32,322 nt of DNA. It comes from Eremomyces bilateralis CBS 781.70. Lineage: Eukaryota. Every line of letters begins with the position of its first letter. The stretch's first letter is position 1. The notes under the pieces are model-generated. The model made no database searches, was not told the origin of the DNA, and saw nothing but the letters and a program-made list of their open reading frames with translations. The translations under genes were made by a program, and so were the position numbers. The DNA lies in assembly GCA_010015585.1 (NCBI GenBank), contig ML975162.1; one strand, written 5' to 3'. Shown piece after piece: positions 1 to 10,924 of this stretch.

Positions 1-1
1 G

Positions 2-966
2 GACGTAGTCCTCGGCAAAGGAAAAGAAGACGAGACAACAAAACCGTCGAAGAAGAAGAAGAAGCGACCCAAGCTGTCGAACGACGAATACCACGTCGAT
101 GCCGTCCTCTCCCTCGCTTCGAATCGCAGTCATCCGAATCTACTCGCCTCCGCCTCCGCAGATCAGACCATCAAGCTGTGGGATCTGAACACGAACACGT
201 GCGCCAAGTCGTATTCATACCATACCGACAAAGTCTGCTCAGTGGCATGGCATCCGAAAGAGCCGACCGTGCTGCTTTCCGGGAGCTACGATCGGACAGT
301 CGTCGCGGCCGACATGCGCGCCCCTGAAGCCAAAGCGCCGCGATGGAAGGTGGAAAGCGACGTCGAGAACGTGCGATGGGACCCGCACTCCGACAGCCAT
401 TTCTACGTAAGCATCCACTATTGACCACTCCTGTCCCGTATACTAACACCGACTAGGTCACCACTGAAAACGGCCTGGTGCATTACCACGACATCCGCTC
501 CGCCCCAACCGAAACCACCTCGCTCTCCCCCTCCGTCTGGAGCCTCCAAGCCCACGACTCCTCCGTCTCCTCCTTCGACATCAACCCCATCATCCCCGGA
601 TTCCTCGCCACCGGCTCCACCGACAAGCAGGTCAAACTCTGGAACGTCACGTCGGCCGGGCCGAGCATGGTCGTCTCGCGGGATCTCGGCGTGGGCCGCG
701 TGTTCGTCACGAGCTTCGCGCCCGATCAGGAGGTCGGGTTCCGGTTGGCGGTCGCGGGGAGCAAAGGGTCGGTGCAGGTGTGGGATACGTCGACGAATGC
801 GGCGGTGCGGAGGAATTTTGCGGGCAGAGTGGCTGGTATGGGAGACGGGAGTGAGGAGGTTAAGGAGAGGATGGTGGGGAGGAATGATGTGGATGAGGAG
901 GACTCCGATGACGAGAGGGATGATCCTAACGGCGGATCGGATGGGTACGAGGATATGTCGGAGTGA
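2..966 (+). CDS. PWP1: Periodic tryptophan protein 1 (WD40 ribosome-biogenesis factor), 5'-truncated by the window edge
   Basis: Frame 2 from position 2 reads DVVLGKGKEDE...KKKKKRPK...YHVDAVLSLASNRSHPNLLASASADQTIKLWDL...LLSGSYDRTV. Intron 407-456 (GTAAGC...TACTAAC...TAG). Exon 457-966 reads VTTENGLVHYHDIR...LQAHDSSVSSFDINP..PGFLATGSTDKQVKLW...SRDLGVGRVF, then an acidic tail. These WD40 motifs match the PWP1 family. Confidence 0.92.
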
Positions 967-3900
967 ATATTGTAACAACATTTCGGTCTCGCCGGCACCG
1001 ATGAAGCCATGGACCAGACCAGAGGCCCAAATCCCGGACCCTCTTGGCTACATTATTCAATGTCGAATTGTCGATGTGTGTCGTCAGGTGCACGGAACCC
1101 CCCTCCCCCTCCGGACGTCATAATCTTGGCCCTTGGGTTTGTCAAGGTGAATGGGTCACTTCAGGTTAAAATTAGATCGGCATCAATATATCCGTATTGC
1201 GCAAGTGGGGGTTGAGCCTCAAAGATTGGCAATTTGGCAAGCCGGTTTGTTCGTCACTTGATGATAATAATGGAAGCACTTAAATTACCGTCTCTCGATG
1301 TCCTGGAAATCAGTGTATGTATCACCCTGCCCTTGTGCATGGGAGAGGTGAGCGGAGATTAGGTCATTTCCTGTTTTCAGGTCCTATATGTAAATTGCGA
1401 GTTTAGGAGCCTCTCCTCTCCAAGGGGCGGGATGAGAGTAATTGCTCCTGGGTCCTGGCCTGGTATTGTCGTACGAAAGCAATAGATACTCATTGTCCTG
1501 CATTGAGCAGAAAAAGGAAACACAACATTGAGGCTGTCACCATGTTGTGTCACCAGAACGCGAACATGTGGAACACTGTTGCTGGCGACTGGGCAGAGTA
1601 AGATTGCTATGGACTCGCAAATTTGGAAACGAGGAGATTGGAGGATCTGGTTCATGACAAGGACGATAAGAGGATGCCACGTCATAGATTCATCGCGGAC
1701 ATCACGGGGCTAACTGCAGACTGAAATCACTGAATTGACAATGATGTTTTCAGAAACAAAAAAGGCGAAAAAGAAGTTTCATATGTAGGTCTGGTATATC
1801 TCGGTGCCTACCGTATTTAATGATACACATCGACCGAAATGAGCCCCGGCGGCACAGCATATGACAGCCAGCCTGCTTCGTCTTGCAAGTTGGGGAAGCA
1901 TTGAGGTTTGTGAAGTCATGTACTACTGCTGCCAAATCAGTTCCTGCAGTGTCTACCACATACATACAGCAAACAATGTGGATTGTGGACACGACAGAGT
2001 GACAGGAGGGAGGATGCATGCAATCATTGGACAAAGAAAGGCATGTGGATCCCAAGAAGCCTCCCTGTTTCTGAATGCAGTCCAATGCAGGAACCATCTT
2101 GAAAATCAAGGACACAGCAAGAAAAATCGAGGAGGGTGTCATAATATTTATCGTTTATTCAACATGAATTTCAGTTCCATCTACAAAGTTGACACGATAT
2201 ACCAGGACCCTTGACTCCCACCAACCGCACCAGGAAGGAAGGAAGCTGGAAGGAATCCCCAGGCATCAAGATGAAACGACGTTTCTCCGGCGGCCCGATG
2301 GCTCTTGCCGTTTTCTGTCTGGTGCGGACGGGGACGGCGGTTAACCGGGGTCCCAGGCAGATCCCTGTCTTCATCGTGGCGAATGAAAAGGCATTTTAAG
2401 GCTTGTCGATGCGCACGGACGGAGTCGAGCGGGTCCCAGACCCCAGAGTAAAAGTGTTCCTGGCAGGAGGCGAGGACCGTTCCTAGTGGCTGGGACCTTT
2501 CGCGTGGACACCGGCTTGAAACCACTGACCCGTCCAGTCTTTGACTTTCTCCCTTAGTTGCGCTCACGAGTCACGGACTCATGGTACAGTATTTCATATT
2601 AGCGTTTGCCCCCGCACAAAACCCTTGGATACATGGCACACAGCTCACATGTGGTCCATGGTGAATTCACCCATCGCCCCAATCGGATTGTCGGATGTCG
2701 GGGCGGGCGATGTCGATTCCGTCCTGTTACACACTGTAATTACTGCATCGCCTTGAATACAGCCTTCACAGTTCACACTACCTGCCTGGGCTGCAATAAT
2801 TATGCACGAGACATGTGTCCTGCCAACGTTGGCCTGGGTCATGCACATGCGCATCATCAGATGGGTGAGGACTGCCGTCCCACAGTCCGACTGTTCCTGA
2901 AAGTGCTGATATCGAGGACTTCAACCATTTATGAAGGTTGAAGGCATGTCCGCTTTGCGTTTACGCTAATATAATCGCTTTGTCGCTCACTCGATTTGCC
3001 CGGCAGCTAATCATGAATTATGGACTCATACATGGCATGTTGGCCGTTGGGGAGCATTTTGGGGGGATTGGCGTGTTGCGTGAAAGCGATCGTCGTTTGT
3101 ATCAGAGTGTCCGGCATCAGAAGCCAGGGAAGGGATAGTATCGTGGCGCTATTGGTTGAATCCGTTGCCTCCCAGCAATCCATCCCACCTTTTTCGCGCT
3201 GGTTGATCCTCCACGCCTCCGTAGCCCGTCCTCTCTCCAGTCTCCTGCCTGCTGACCCTCCAGTCTGGTCTGCTCCCCTTCTCCAACGTGAAACTTTCTC
3301 TCTTTCTATTCCATACCACTGTTCATTCTTTGTTGGACTTTCGCGGGCTTCGGCGCATCAGTCGATAAACTTGCCTTTTTTTCCATTATACTTTGCGACC
3401 TGGTTGTTCGCTCATTACGACAGCTGGTCTCCCTTACCCTCCTTTGTTTGACACAAATTAACCCATCGACTTTCCTTCGGTTGACTCGTCAACCCCCGTT
3501 CCCTCCGCCTTGCATTTGGTCACGGCATAACGTTTGTACTTTGTACTCATCCCCACGACGGATCAACAAAGCAGAGACTCGACTGTCTCGTTTGATAAAC
3601 ATCGCTTTCTTTCGGATTCATAAACGTGGTCCGATTGATTTGCCCCTCGAAATCCGAAAACCGAAATCGCGAACTGTACTTCCGCATCGCAAAGCGGAAA
3701 CCCCTGTCATCGTGATCCTCCGAAGGCAACCGGATAGTGCCCAGCGCAGAGAGCCCCAACAGTCACAACCAATTTGACCTAGGTGTATGTGACTTATTGA
3801 CCGTCTAAAAGGTCACGAGTGTCAAACTTGGACTCTAGCCCAAGGCCTCCATATTCACTCCGAAGAGGGCGTGCAATTTATTTGAGTGCTGCTCTTACCG

Positions 3901-4105
3901 TTGTCCAATTGTATCAAACAAGCAATCTACCTCAGATATTGCTTCCTGGTTCAACCCTGGTCCGACCTTGCGATCCCTCGAACCACGAGAACGTCAAGCT
4001 TTATCCAGAGCATTGACGTATAAACCGTCGTCACTTTCATTTCGAGCCCCGGATCTCGGCGTCCGCGTGTTGTCCCTCTTGGTTGATCGCAATCACATCG
4101 CCAAC

Positions 4106-5023
4106 ATGTCTCTTGCAAGAGCCTTCACCACACATCGCAAGAAGCCATCCGGCTCTGAACCGCCGCCATCGCCGTCGCGAGCATTCAACATGCGTTCCAA
4201 AGGATTCGACCGAAACAAGATCTCCGCGCCCGTCGCGCTGCTCTCGACAACGAACACGCTTGCTTACAACGCACCCGACATTCAAACCCTCAAGACGCAG
4301 ACCCGCAACATCTCCAATTCTTCCTCCGCCTCAACCGCCTCCGTGCAAAGTTCCGATGAGTCGGACAGCCGCTCCACATCCACACGATCCGTCCGCTCAA
4401 GAGAAACCCTGACCGACGCCTCATCCGTCGGCTCCTCACCCAGTTCTCCGCAACCCAACCACCTCTCCGAGTACTTCAAATCCGCCAGCAATTCGGGACA
4501 GGCTGGTCCCCGCCGTTCCGCATCATCAAGCAACCTTCGACCCCCGTCTTCGCGCCAGACGCAAGCTTCTCTCCACGCCGACACGCCCTCCGTTCCTGAG
4601 CGTGCCGCGTCGCACAGCAAGCGAGCGCACGAACGCCTCGCCCGACAACGTTCGCTGCAACATGTCCGCGCCCACGGCAGCATCGGCAGCATCAACAGCA
4701 TCGCGAGCGCTGGCTCGGCGACCCCGGCGGTCCCTCAACCTATGGCGCCCCGCGAGCAGCGCTCGAGTTTGGACATGTTCAACCGCGCGGCCGTGGACGC
4801 GAGCCACCCGTTCGGAAAAGAGCTGGAGAAGTTGAGCGAGGTGGCGGAGGAATTCGGGGACGCTATGCGGTCGGCGGAGTGGGATGAGGATCTGGCGGTG
4901 ATGCGACGGAGGGGGTTGAAGCGGTTCTGTGCGGAGGAATACCGGTTCGAGATCCGGCCGTTGTTTGTTGCCGCGTTCCCTACCACGCCTCGGCAGGTGG
5001 CTGCTGGGGGCGCATGGATCTGA
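4106..5023 (+). CDS. Ser-rich fungal hypothetical protein, 305 aa
   Basis: First in-frame ATG is in a good context (caacATGt); the ORF track extends it upstream to a TTG at 3968. Single exon with coding-like codon usage. Ordered blocks (MSLARAFT, KISAPVALLSTTNTLAYNAPDI, HPFGKELEKLSEVAEEFG...RGLKRFCAEEY) flank a disordered Ser-rich middle. No named family recognised. Confidence 0.8.
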   Translation: MSLARAFTTHRKKPSGSEPPPSPSRAFNMRSKGFDRNKISAPVALLSTTNTLAYNAPDIQTLKTQTRNISNSSSASTASVQSSDESDSRSTSTRSVRSRETLTDASSVGSSPSSPQPNHLSEYFKSASNSGQAGPRRSASSSNLRPPSSRQTQASLHADTPSVPERAASHSKRAHERLARQRSLQHVRAHGSIGSINSIASAGSATPAVPQPMAPREQRSSLDMFNRAAVDASHPFGKELEKLSEVAEEFGDAMRSAEWDEDLAVMRRRGLKRFCAEEYRFEIRPLFVAAFPTTPRQVAAGGAWI

Positions 5024-5572
5024 GTCGGTCAAGGTCTGGTGAGGCCGTTGGATATAGACGGCATGTGAAGGCATGGTTGGATACCATGTCTTGAAAGCAA
5101 AAATAATTCCCCGCGAAAGCTGCGACTTATCGATGGCCCGCTGAGAAATGCGCTCCCACGAGCCATCCTCTCCTCACGGCCGTCCATGACGCTTTCATCC
5201 GCTTCATGACTTTCCTTGAGACATATTGGATGACCGGAGTTTTTGTTTACGGAGCGTGAGCGTTGTCTCGCCGCGCATCCTGTCGGGAGGAGACTACATG
5301 TTTTGCGGACACGATGATGAGGGATTGGTTTAAAATGCTTGCAAGGAACAGATACCAGAAGGACGACGGATAGAGGGCGATTATTTGACGTTACATGATA
5401 TCGTCCTCGACACACTCATTAGACACATATAACCACAAGGGGTCGGACCGCGTGAATCAGACGGCTGTGTATACCCGCTCAATTCAGAGAATTAAATTCA
5501 AATGTAATGATATGAGCTATCTCTGGCCCTCATGAATTGTGTAGGCTTCTGGAACTCAAAGGGTGGTGGGGT

Positions 5573-5614
5573 CTGGTGAATCCCATCTGGTGAATCATGC
5601 TAGTACTGGTGAAT
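5573..5614. repeat. Three copies of the 9-mer CTGGTGAAT in the intergenic region upstream of CKS1
   Basis: Exact copies at 5573-5581, 5587-5595 and 5606-5614. Confidence 0.7.
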
Positions 5615-6320
5615 TGGTTTCAAAGTGCAAGTAACATATGCAAGTACGGGCAGGCAACTACCGGTGATTACATGTAGCACGCACTGATCTCATGTGGATA
5701 TTGGATTCTTGAATTTTATGTCGCAGAGCACATGCGCAGCGGAAAGCCTACGGACTGACGGAGTCCCATCCGTGTGTGGTGGACGATCATCTGTTGCCAG
5801 GGTTTTCCAGGGAGGGGTCGTGGGGTCCCAGGCAACAACGGGCAACAATCAGGCATTAATAAGGCAGCAATTTCGGTGTTGATGATTTTATGGAAAGAGC
5901 GAACCTTCACCGCACGCGGCTTCCAACTTCAAGTCACCGCTATCATTTGACTCATTCCTCCATTCGCAAGAACTGAAGATACCAGATCATCACCGCATGT
6001 GAACAGGACGTTTCGTCTATAAAAACATCTCCGACTCCCCCGTCTCTTTGTTCAATTCTCCCCCTCCATCGCCGACGGTGCACAATTGACTTCCAGAAAA
6101 CACCCCTCGTTTCTGTAAACAAATCCCCACCTCACAGAACTTTAAACCTGCGAACCCATCCTCGAGAACTTTCCACGCCGAAGCTTCACCACCCGCATCC
6201 ACCGAGCTATCGAAACAAAACACTTCGAACTCATCGATCATCGAGATCATTTCCAACCGTCTGGTTCATCCAGCTCTCGTCGATTCTCACATATCGCCGA
6301 CTCCTTCCCACTCCGTCACC

Positions 6321-6811
6321 ATGACCAACGCTGCCGTAGACCTGGGCATCGACGTCTCGCGCCGCAACCGTCGGCCCCGCCCCCTCTCTGAGCCCGAACG
6401 CTCCAAGCTGGAGGAGTTCATCGACAGCATACACTATTCCGCCCGGTGAGTTCCGCCGTCCCGCCTCGAGTGACTTCCACTGACCGACGGCGTTTCCGTC
6501 CCGCGCAGCTACTCCGACGACGAGAACGAATACCGCCACGTCCAGCTCCCCAAGCAGATGCTGAAGGCCATCCCGAAAGACTACTTCGACCAGCGCGGCA
6601 CGCTCAAGCTGTTGTGGGAGGAGGAATGGCGCGCCCTGGGCATCACGCAGAGTTTGGGCTGGGAGCATTACGAGGTGCATGAGCCGGAGCCGCATATCCT
6701 ACTATTCAAGTGAGACCTCCCCCAGCATGGACCATATAATCATGATTTGTGCGGTACTGATAATTTCCGGTGATCAGGCGCCCATTAAACTACGTTCCGT
6801 CGCAGCATTAA
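6321..6811 (+). CDS. CKS1: Cyclin-dependent kinase regulatory subunit (Cks1/Suc1), 119 aa
   Basis: Exons 6321-6445, 6509-6709 and 6778-6811; introns GTGAGT...CTGAC...CAG and GTGAGA...CTGAT...CAG. Spliced product ...[21 protein letters not shown]...[39 protein letters not shown] carries the CKS signature. Not represented in the ORF track. Confidence 0.97.
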
Positions 6812-7453
6812 CGACATCTCGCGAAAATCGATGGCGACACAGCTCATCGATACCACGGGTCGAAAACCGCTTTTGCGAGGATGGGATCGATCTTATGAAT
6901 TTCACGAGGCATGGAAAACGGATGGATCTCCGAAACTGATTTTTGCGCGCCCCCTACTCTCTCCTCTCTGCTCCGTTGCACATCGATGCGTTTCCGCACC
7001 TTCGTCTGTGGATTTTTTTTCGCAACCAAAGCTGGTTTCAGAATGATGGCACGAAAGAGTGCAGGTGTGTCCTCACGGCCGGGTTGGGGTGAGGAGTCGC
7101 TCACCCGGACTGACTGACATCGGACCCTTTGAAAAGCCACCTCAGTTCGCGATATCATATTCAGTCGGCTCGGAATATGGCGGTCCGCCATGTTTTGTTC
7201 ACTTCCGCCGTTTTGGGGGTTTTCCGGATCGTTGCTGCATTTGGATCCTCGGTGCGTGACGCAGCGTCCGTCGCAACTTAATCTGGACCCGCTCAGGGGA
7301 AATGGGACGCCGACTCGGGTCACAAAAGGCGGAGGACAAGGGATGGTTGTAGATATATATTATCAAAGCCCCATTAGAACAATTCGATGGTTCAGTCAAA
7401 GTTCGCTCGCTAGAAGGGTGTCTCGACGGTCGATACACGACCAATTGCGCCGC

Positions 7454-8574
7454 TCATCCAAACAATGTCCCACCCATCTCCGTCCGCGCACCGAGCTTGA
7501 TCCGATGCACTTCATTCCCGATTTTGATTTTCACATCCTCGATCTTCACCCTCGTCTTCCGCAGCGCTGCAAACGCCTCCTTCCCCGCCTCGGAGGCAAA
7601 GTCCACCTCCCAACTCTCCGGCTGCTCCAGCTGCCACGCCAGTGAAATGTGAAAAGACGAATCCCCCGACTCCTTCCATCCCCGTTCCTTGCCCACAGCA
7701 CCATCAGCGGACATCTCCGGCTGCTTCTTCCCACCCACGTAAAGTTCTGGCAGCCCCCATTCCTTTGCGACCTCGTTACACGTGTCTAGCAGCGTCTTCA
7801 AACCCCCGTGGTTTTCCACCCTCAGCTTCGAACGTTTAACAGACCCCTTCTCTTCCCCGTCCTTGGCCTCCCCGTTCCCATTTGCGCCTTCAGTAGCCAC
7901 CCCCGCCGCAAGGAACCACCGCGAGCCCTCTCGGTTGCCCACCCATCTCAGGTCTACCACGTGGATCCTGAATGCGCGAAGCTGCGCGCGCTGGAGTCGC
8001 GCGGTCAGGGCGGCGAGGAAGGGGGCGCGCTGCGGGGTGCGGAGGGTCAAGGGGGCGGAAAGGGAGATGTGGAGAGGCTCCGGGGCGCCTAAGGGGGTCA
8101 CATGGAAGGCGTGGAGGGTGGACGTTCGGCCGTCCTTTGGATTGGGTTGGGGAGATATAGACGACACGAGGGTGGAGATGGTGGTCGAGATGTCAGGGGC
8201 AGGGTGCCCTAGACGCTGTCAATCTCGTGAGGGTAAACTGGAGAAGTAGTAGAGCACGCACATTCTAGGTATACATGAGTGTTCCAATTCCCTTCAACAT
8301 GCGGCGTCTGGCGCTGACGTCCTCCATGAAGGGAGGGGTCGGAGGTGGGAAAGGTGCGGACCGGTGCGCTGTACAGGTCGTGGAACGCAGCCGGGAGGGC
8401 TGGAAGTGTGCCGTTTGGCTGGTCCCTGCCGTTGAGTGTCCCATCGTCGTTATGATACGAACGTTTTCGCTTCAACTCGTTCGACGTTGGCAAGGACCGA
8501 CGCTGCTCAGGGATGTTCTGGGTTGCAGGCGGTTGATCATCATCTTCTGAGTCCGGATAGGCGACGAGACTCAT
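7454..8574 (-). CDS. USB1: U6 snRNA phosphodiesterase Usb1/Mpn1 (2H phosphoesterase), 355 aa
   Basis: Exons 8574-8262 and 8208-7454; intron 8261-8209 (GTGCGT...TTGAC...TAG). Motifs [37 protein letters not shown], the two catalytic HxS motifs (LHISLS, FHISLAW) and C-terminal VKIKIGNEV. Confidence 0.93.
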
Positions 8575-9213
8575 GGCTGCTAGCTAATAGCTATGAGAGC
8601 TGCAGGAGTAGAGTCTAGAAGGTCTATTTTGGATTACTGGCTACTGCAGGGTCCAATGCCATAATCGATGGTCATTGTTAATAAATAGCAAAGATAACAG
8701 GGTAGAGTCATCCCGCTACGGGATACCCTGCCGATTGCCGATATGGAGACGGATGACGACGATGATCCGATCGGCTTCGGTTGAGTTGACAGTTGAGACG
8801 TCAGACGAGAGCTGGACAGGCTGCGCAAGCCAATGATGTCATCGGCCGTGGTGCTTGGCAGGTACGATGCAGCAGCAGCAGCACCGCCAGCACAAGGACG
8901 TATGCGACTCCACTGAATTGGCTCAACCTGTCATGGCCGCTCCTGCCAGTTCAGTTGCGGTTCGGATTTCCAGTGAGCGATTGATAGCTCCTTCCCATTT
9001 ACTCTTACACTGTGCTCTATCATTTCTTCCTTCCCGCCTATTGTTCTTACCGTTCTTGGAAAGTCACGTATTACTGTACTAGAGGTACCTACTTTACTAT
9101 ACTTACTGTACTATACTGTAGGATATCGTTCCTTTTATCGTGTCATCCTGGGACCTTGTATACCATTCGTGGGTTAAGTCCGGTGAATAGAATCTTGATA
9201 TCAGTGTTCAAAG

Positions 9214-10564
9214 ATGGGAGGCAGCAACGATTGGGTATGTATTATTCGCTCCGATACACCAATCATTTCTGTCCCGATTCACATGATGGAACCATTTCGC
9301 CCGTTCCATTGCAAGCTCTGGTTGCTGACTATCCCACCACAGGCCCAAAACTACCTTGTCGACCCCCTCACAGCCCCCGAACCCAGCGCCGAGACGGGCC
9401 CGGGTACTCGCTTTCGTTCGACATTCCAGGCACCATCCGAGAGCAGCACCGCCTCTCTTCTTCCCCCATCCGCCGTGGCGGCGCTGGAACAGGAGTTCAC
9501 GGGACCGGACAGCACCAGGCGACATCTGCCGTCGACCAATCCATCCCTCCGTTCGCAACCCGGCGGAGGCCCCATTAAGAATAGCATCAAGCCGACGACC
9601 GTGAACATGCAAGGCGGAGCGAATGGGTATCTCACCCCGCCGACTTCTGCGAGTCCCCGCGTTGCGACGTTCGAAGACCCGCGTACCACACGAACTTCGC
9701 CGCGTCCGAACTTGCCGAAAAACCGGAGCAGCTCGCACAGTGGCATCGCCCGACCGCTGCCGCCCTACCAGCATTCCTCCCCTCCTGGTCACCGTACACA
9801 CGGTCGGGGAGATTCGTTGGGCGGCTGCTTCCCGGGGGATCAATCCTACACGCCGCTGCAGACCATCCGATCCGACAGCAAGCGGGCGAACCGCTCCCCG
9901 CATCTGAAGAAGCGCCACCAGCCCCGTCCGGACACCATTGACAAACTGGACATCACATCGGGCATTCCGTACCACCACGAGGGGCCGTTCGATGCGACGC
10001 TCGCGGCGAGAAACGCCAACTTCGAGAGTAGCCCGTTGGAGGCGGTCAGGGATAGCAACGAGGAGGCGTTGCGGGCCGCCCCACGCGAACGGGTCATCGA
10101 TTCGGTGCGCGGTCACCGGCCGTTGGTGGGGGTCGCATCGGTGCCCCCGGGCGAGATGGACCGGTTCGGCAGACAGATGGAGTACCAAGAGGGGGAAAAT
10201 ATGATGACTGAAGGTGACAATGCGTACAAACGCTGGCCGGGAATGGTAAGGTCATATTCGCTTTCCCTGAAGATTGTGATACTGATGGTCGCAGAAATAC
10301 CACCCAGACGATCACAAGGGTAAAGGCGAGCCCAGTTTCTCCGAGGATCGTGCCGCCGAAGAGAAGCGAGTTGCGAGCGCCGAACCAGGTTTCGATGAAC
10401 GAGGCATCCCAATGCTGACTCGTAACAAGACTACCGGTATTGACGGGGAACCAGGCCAAGGCAAGGACACAGACGATGTTGGTCTACAAAGGAGCACAAG
10501 CCGTCGCGCCATCGGCGATGGACTGAAGAGAAGACTTGGGAGTCTGAGGAAGAAGAAAGACTGA
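9214..10564 (+). CDS. PAL1: Pal1-family cell morphology/endocytic protein, 397 aa
   Basis: Exons 9214-9234, 9343-10245 and 10295-10564; introns GTATGT...GCTGAC...CAG (108 nt) and GTAAGG...ACTGAT...CAG (49 nt). Pal1 signature PDTIDKLD...YHHEGPFDATLAARN...SPLEAV; basic C-terminus GLKRRLGSLRKKKD. Confidence 0.85.
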
Positions 10565-10924
10565 ACGGTTCGAATTCTTAACGAGAAAATATGAAAGAAC
10601 CCTTGAAATTGGTGCACACAAGTTGGAGTGAGGTAATTAGTAATTGGTACAGATCGGATAACACGCCGAACTGAATGATTCGGCAATTGGAAATGGAAAA
10701 ATGGGAACTGCCCTGCTACCTAGCTGGCTGCTCAGGTTAACATCGATACACCATCCATAGAGTAATAGCATAAAGAAAAGCTGGCGATTTTTCCGTGTAA
10801 AACTCTATCAGTACCGCTGTGCCCTCTCAATGCCGTACTCCAATCCCCTCCGCCGATGCGCCTCCCAATGCAATGTTGTACACTCTATCACGCTTCTAAA
10901 TATCTCCCCAACATCACACTCCTC

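Noticed and set aside
2181..3451. Short ORFs in the gap upstream of the hypothetical gene
   Set aside because: No domain similarity, coding bias or coherent splice model; more consistent with regulatory or UTR sequence.
3968..4105. In-frame upstream TTG extensions (also 24390-24485 and 23746-23729)
   Set aside because: Artefacts of the ORF caller allowing TTG/GTG starts; the downstream ATGs are in good context and give family-typical N-termini.
2347..5834. Shared 13-mer GGGGTCCCAGGCA at 2347 and 5822
   Set aside because: Several 13-mer matches are expected by chance in 32 kb, and the flanks do not align.
5879..5976. Possible box C/D snoRNA (TTGATGA...CTGA)
   Set aside because: No terminal stem and no recognisable rRNA-complementary guide.
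8869..8892. Short CAG run and the poly-Q ORF 8855-9082
   Set aside because: Ordinary microsatellite in the USB1/PAL1 divergent region with no coding support.
9208..10188. 326-aa antisense ORF over PAL1; similar cases at 13771-14556, 27639-28487, 418-981, 4526-5074 and 6231-6695
   Set aside because: Shadow ORFs produced by the GC3-rich codon bias of the real genes on the opposite strand; no recognisable motifs.
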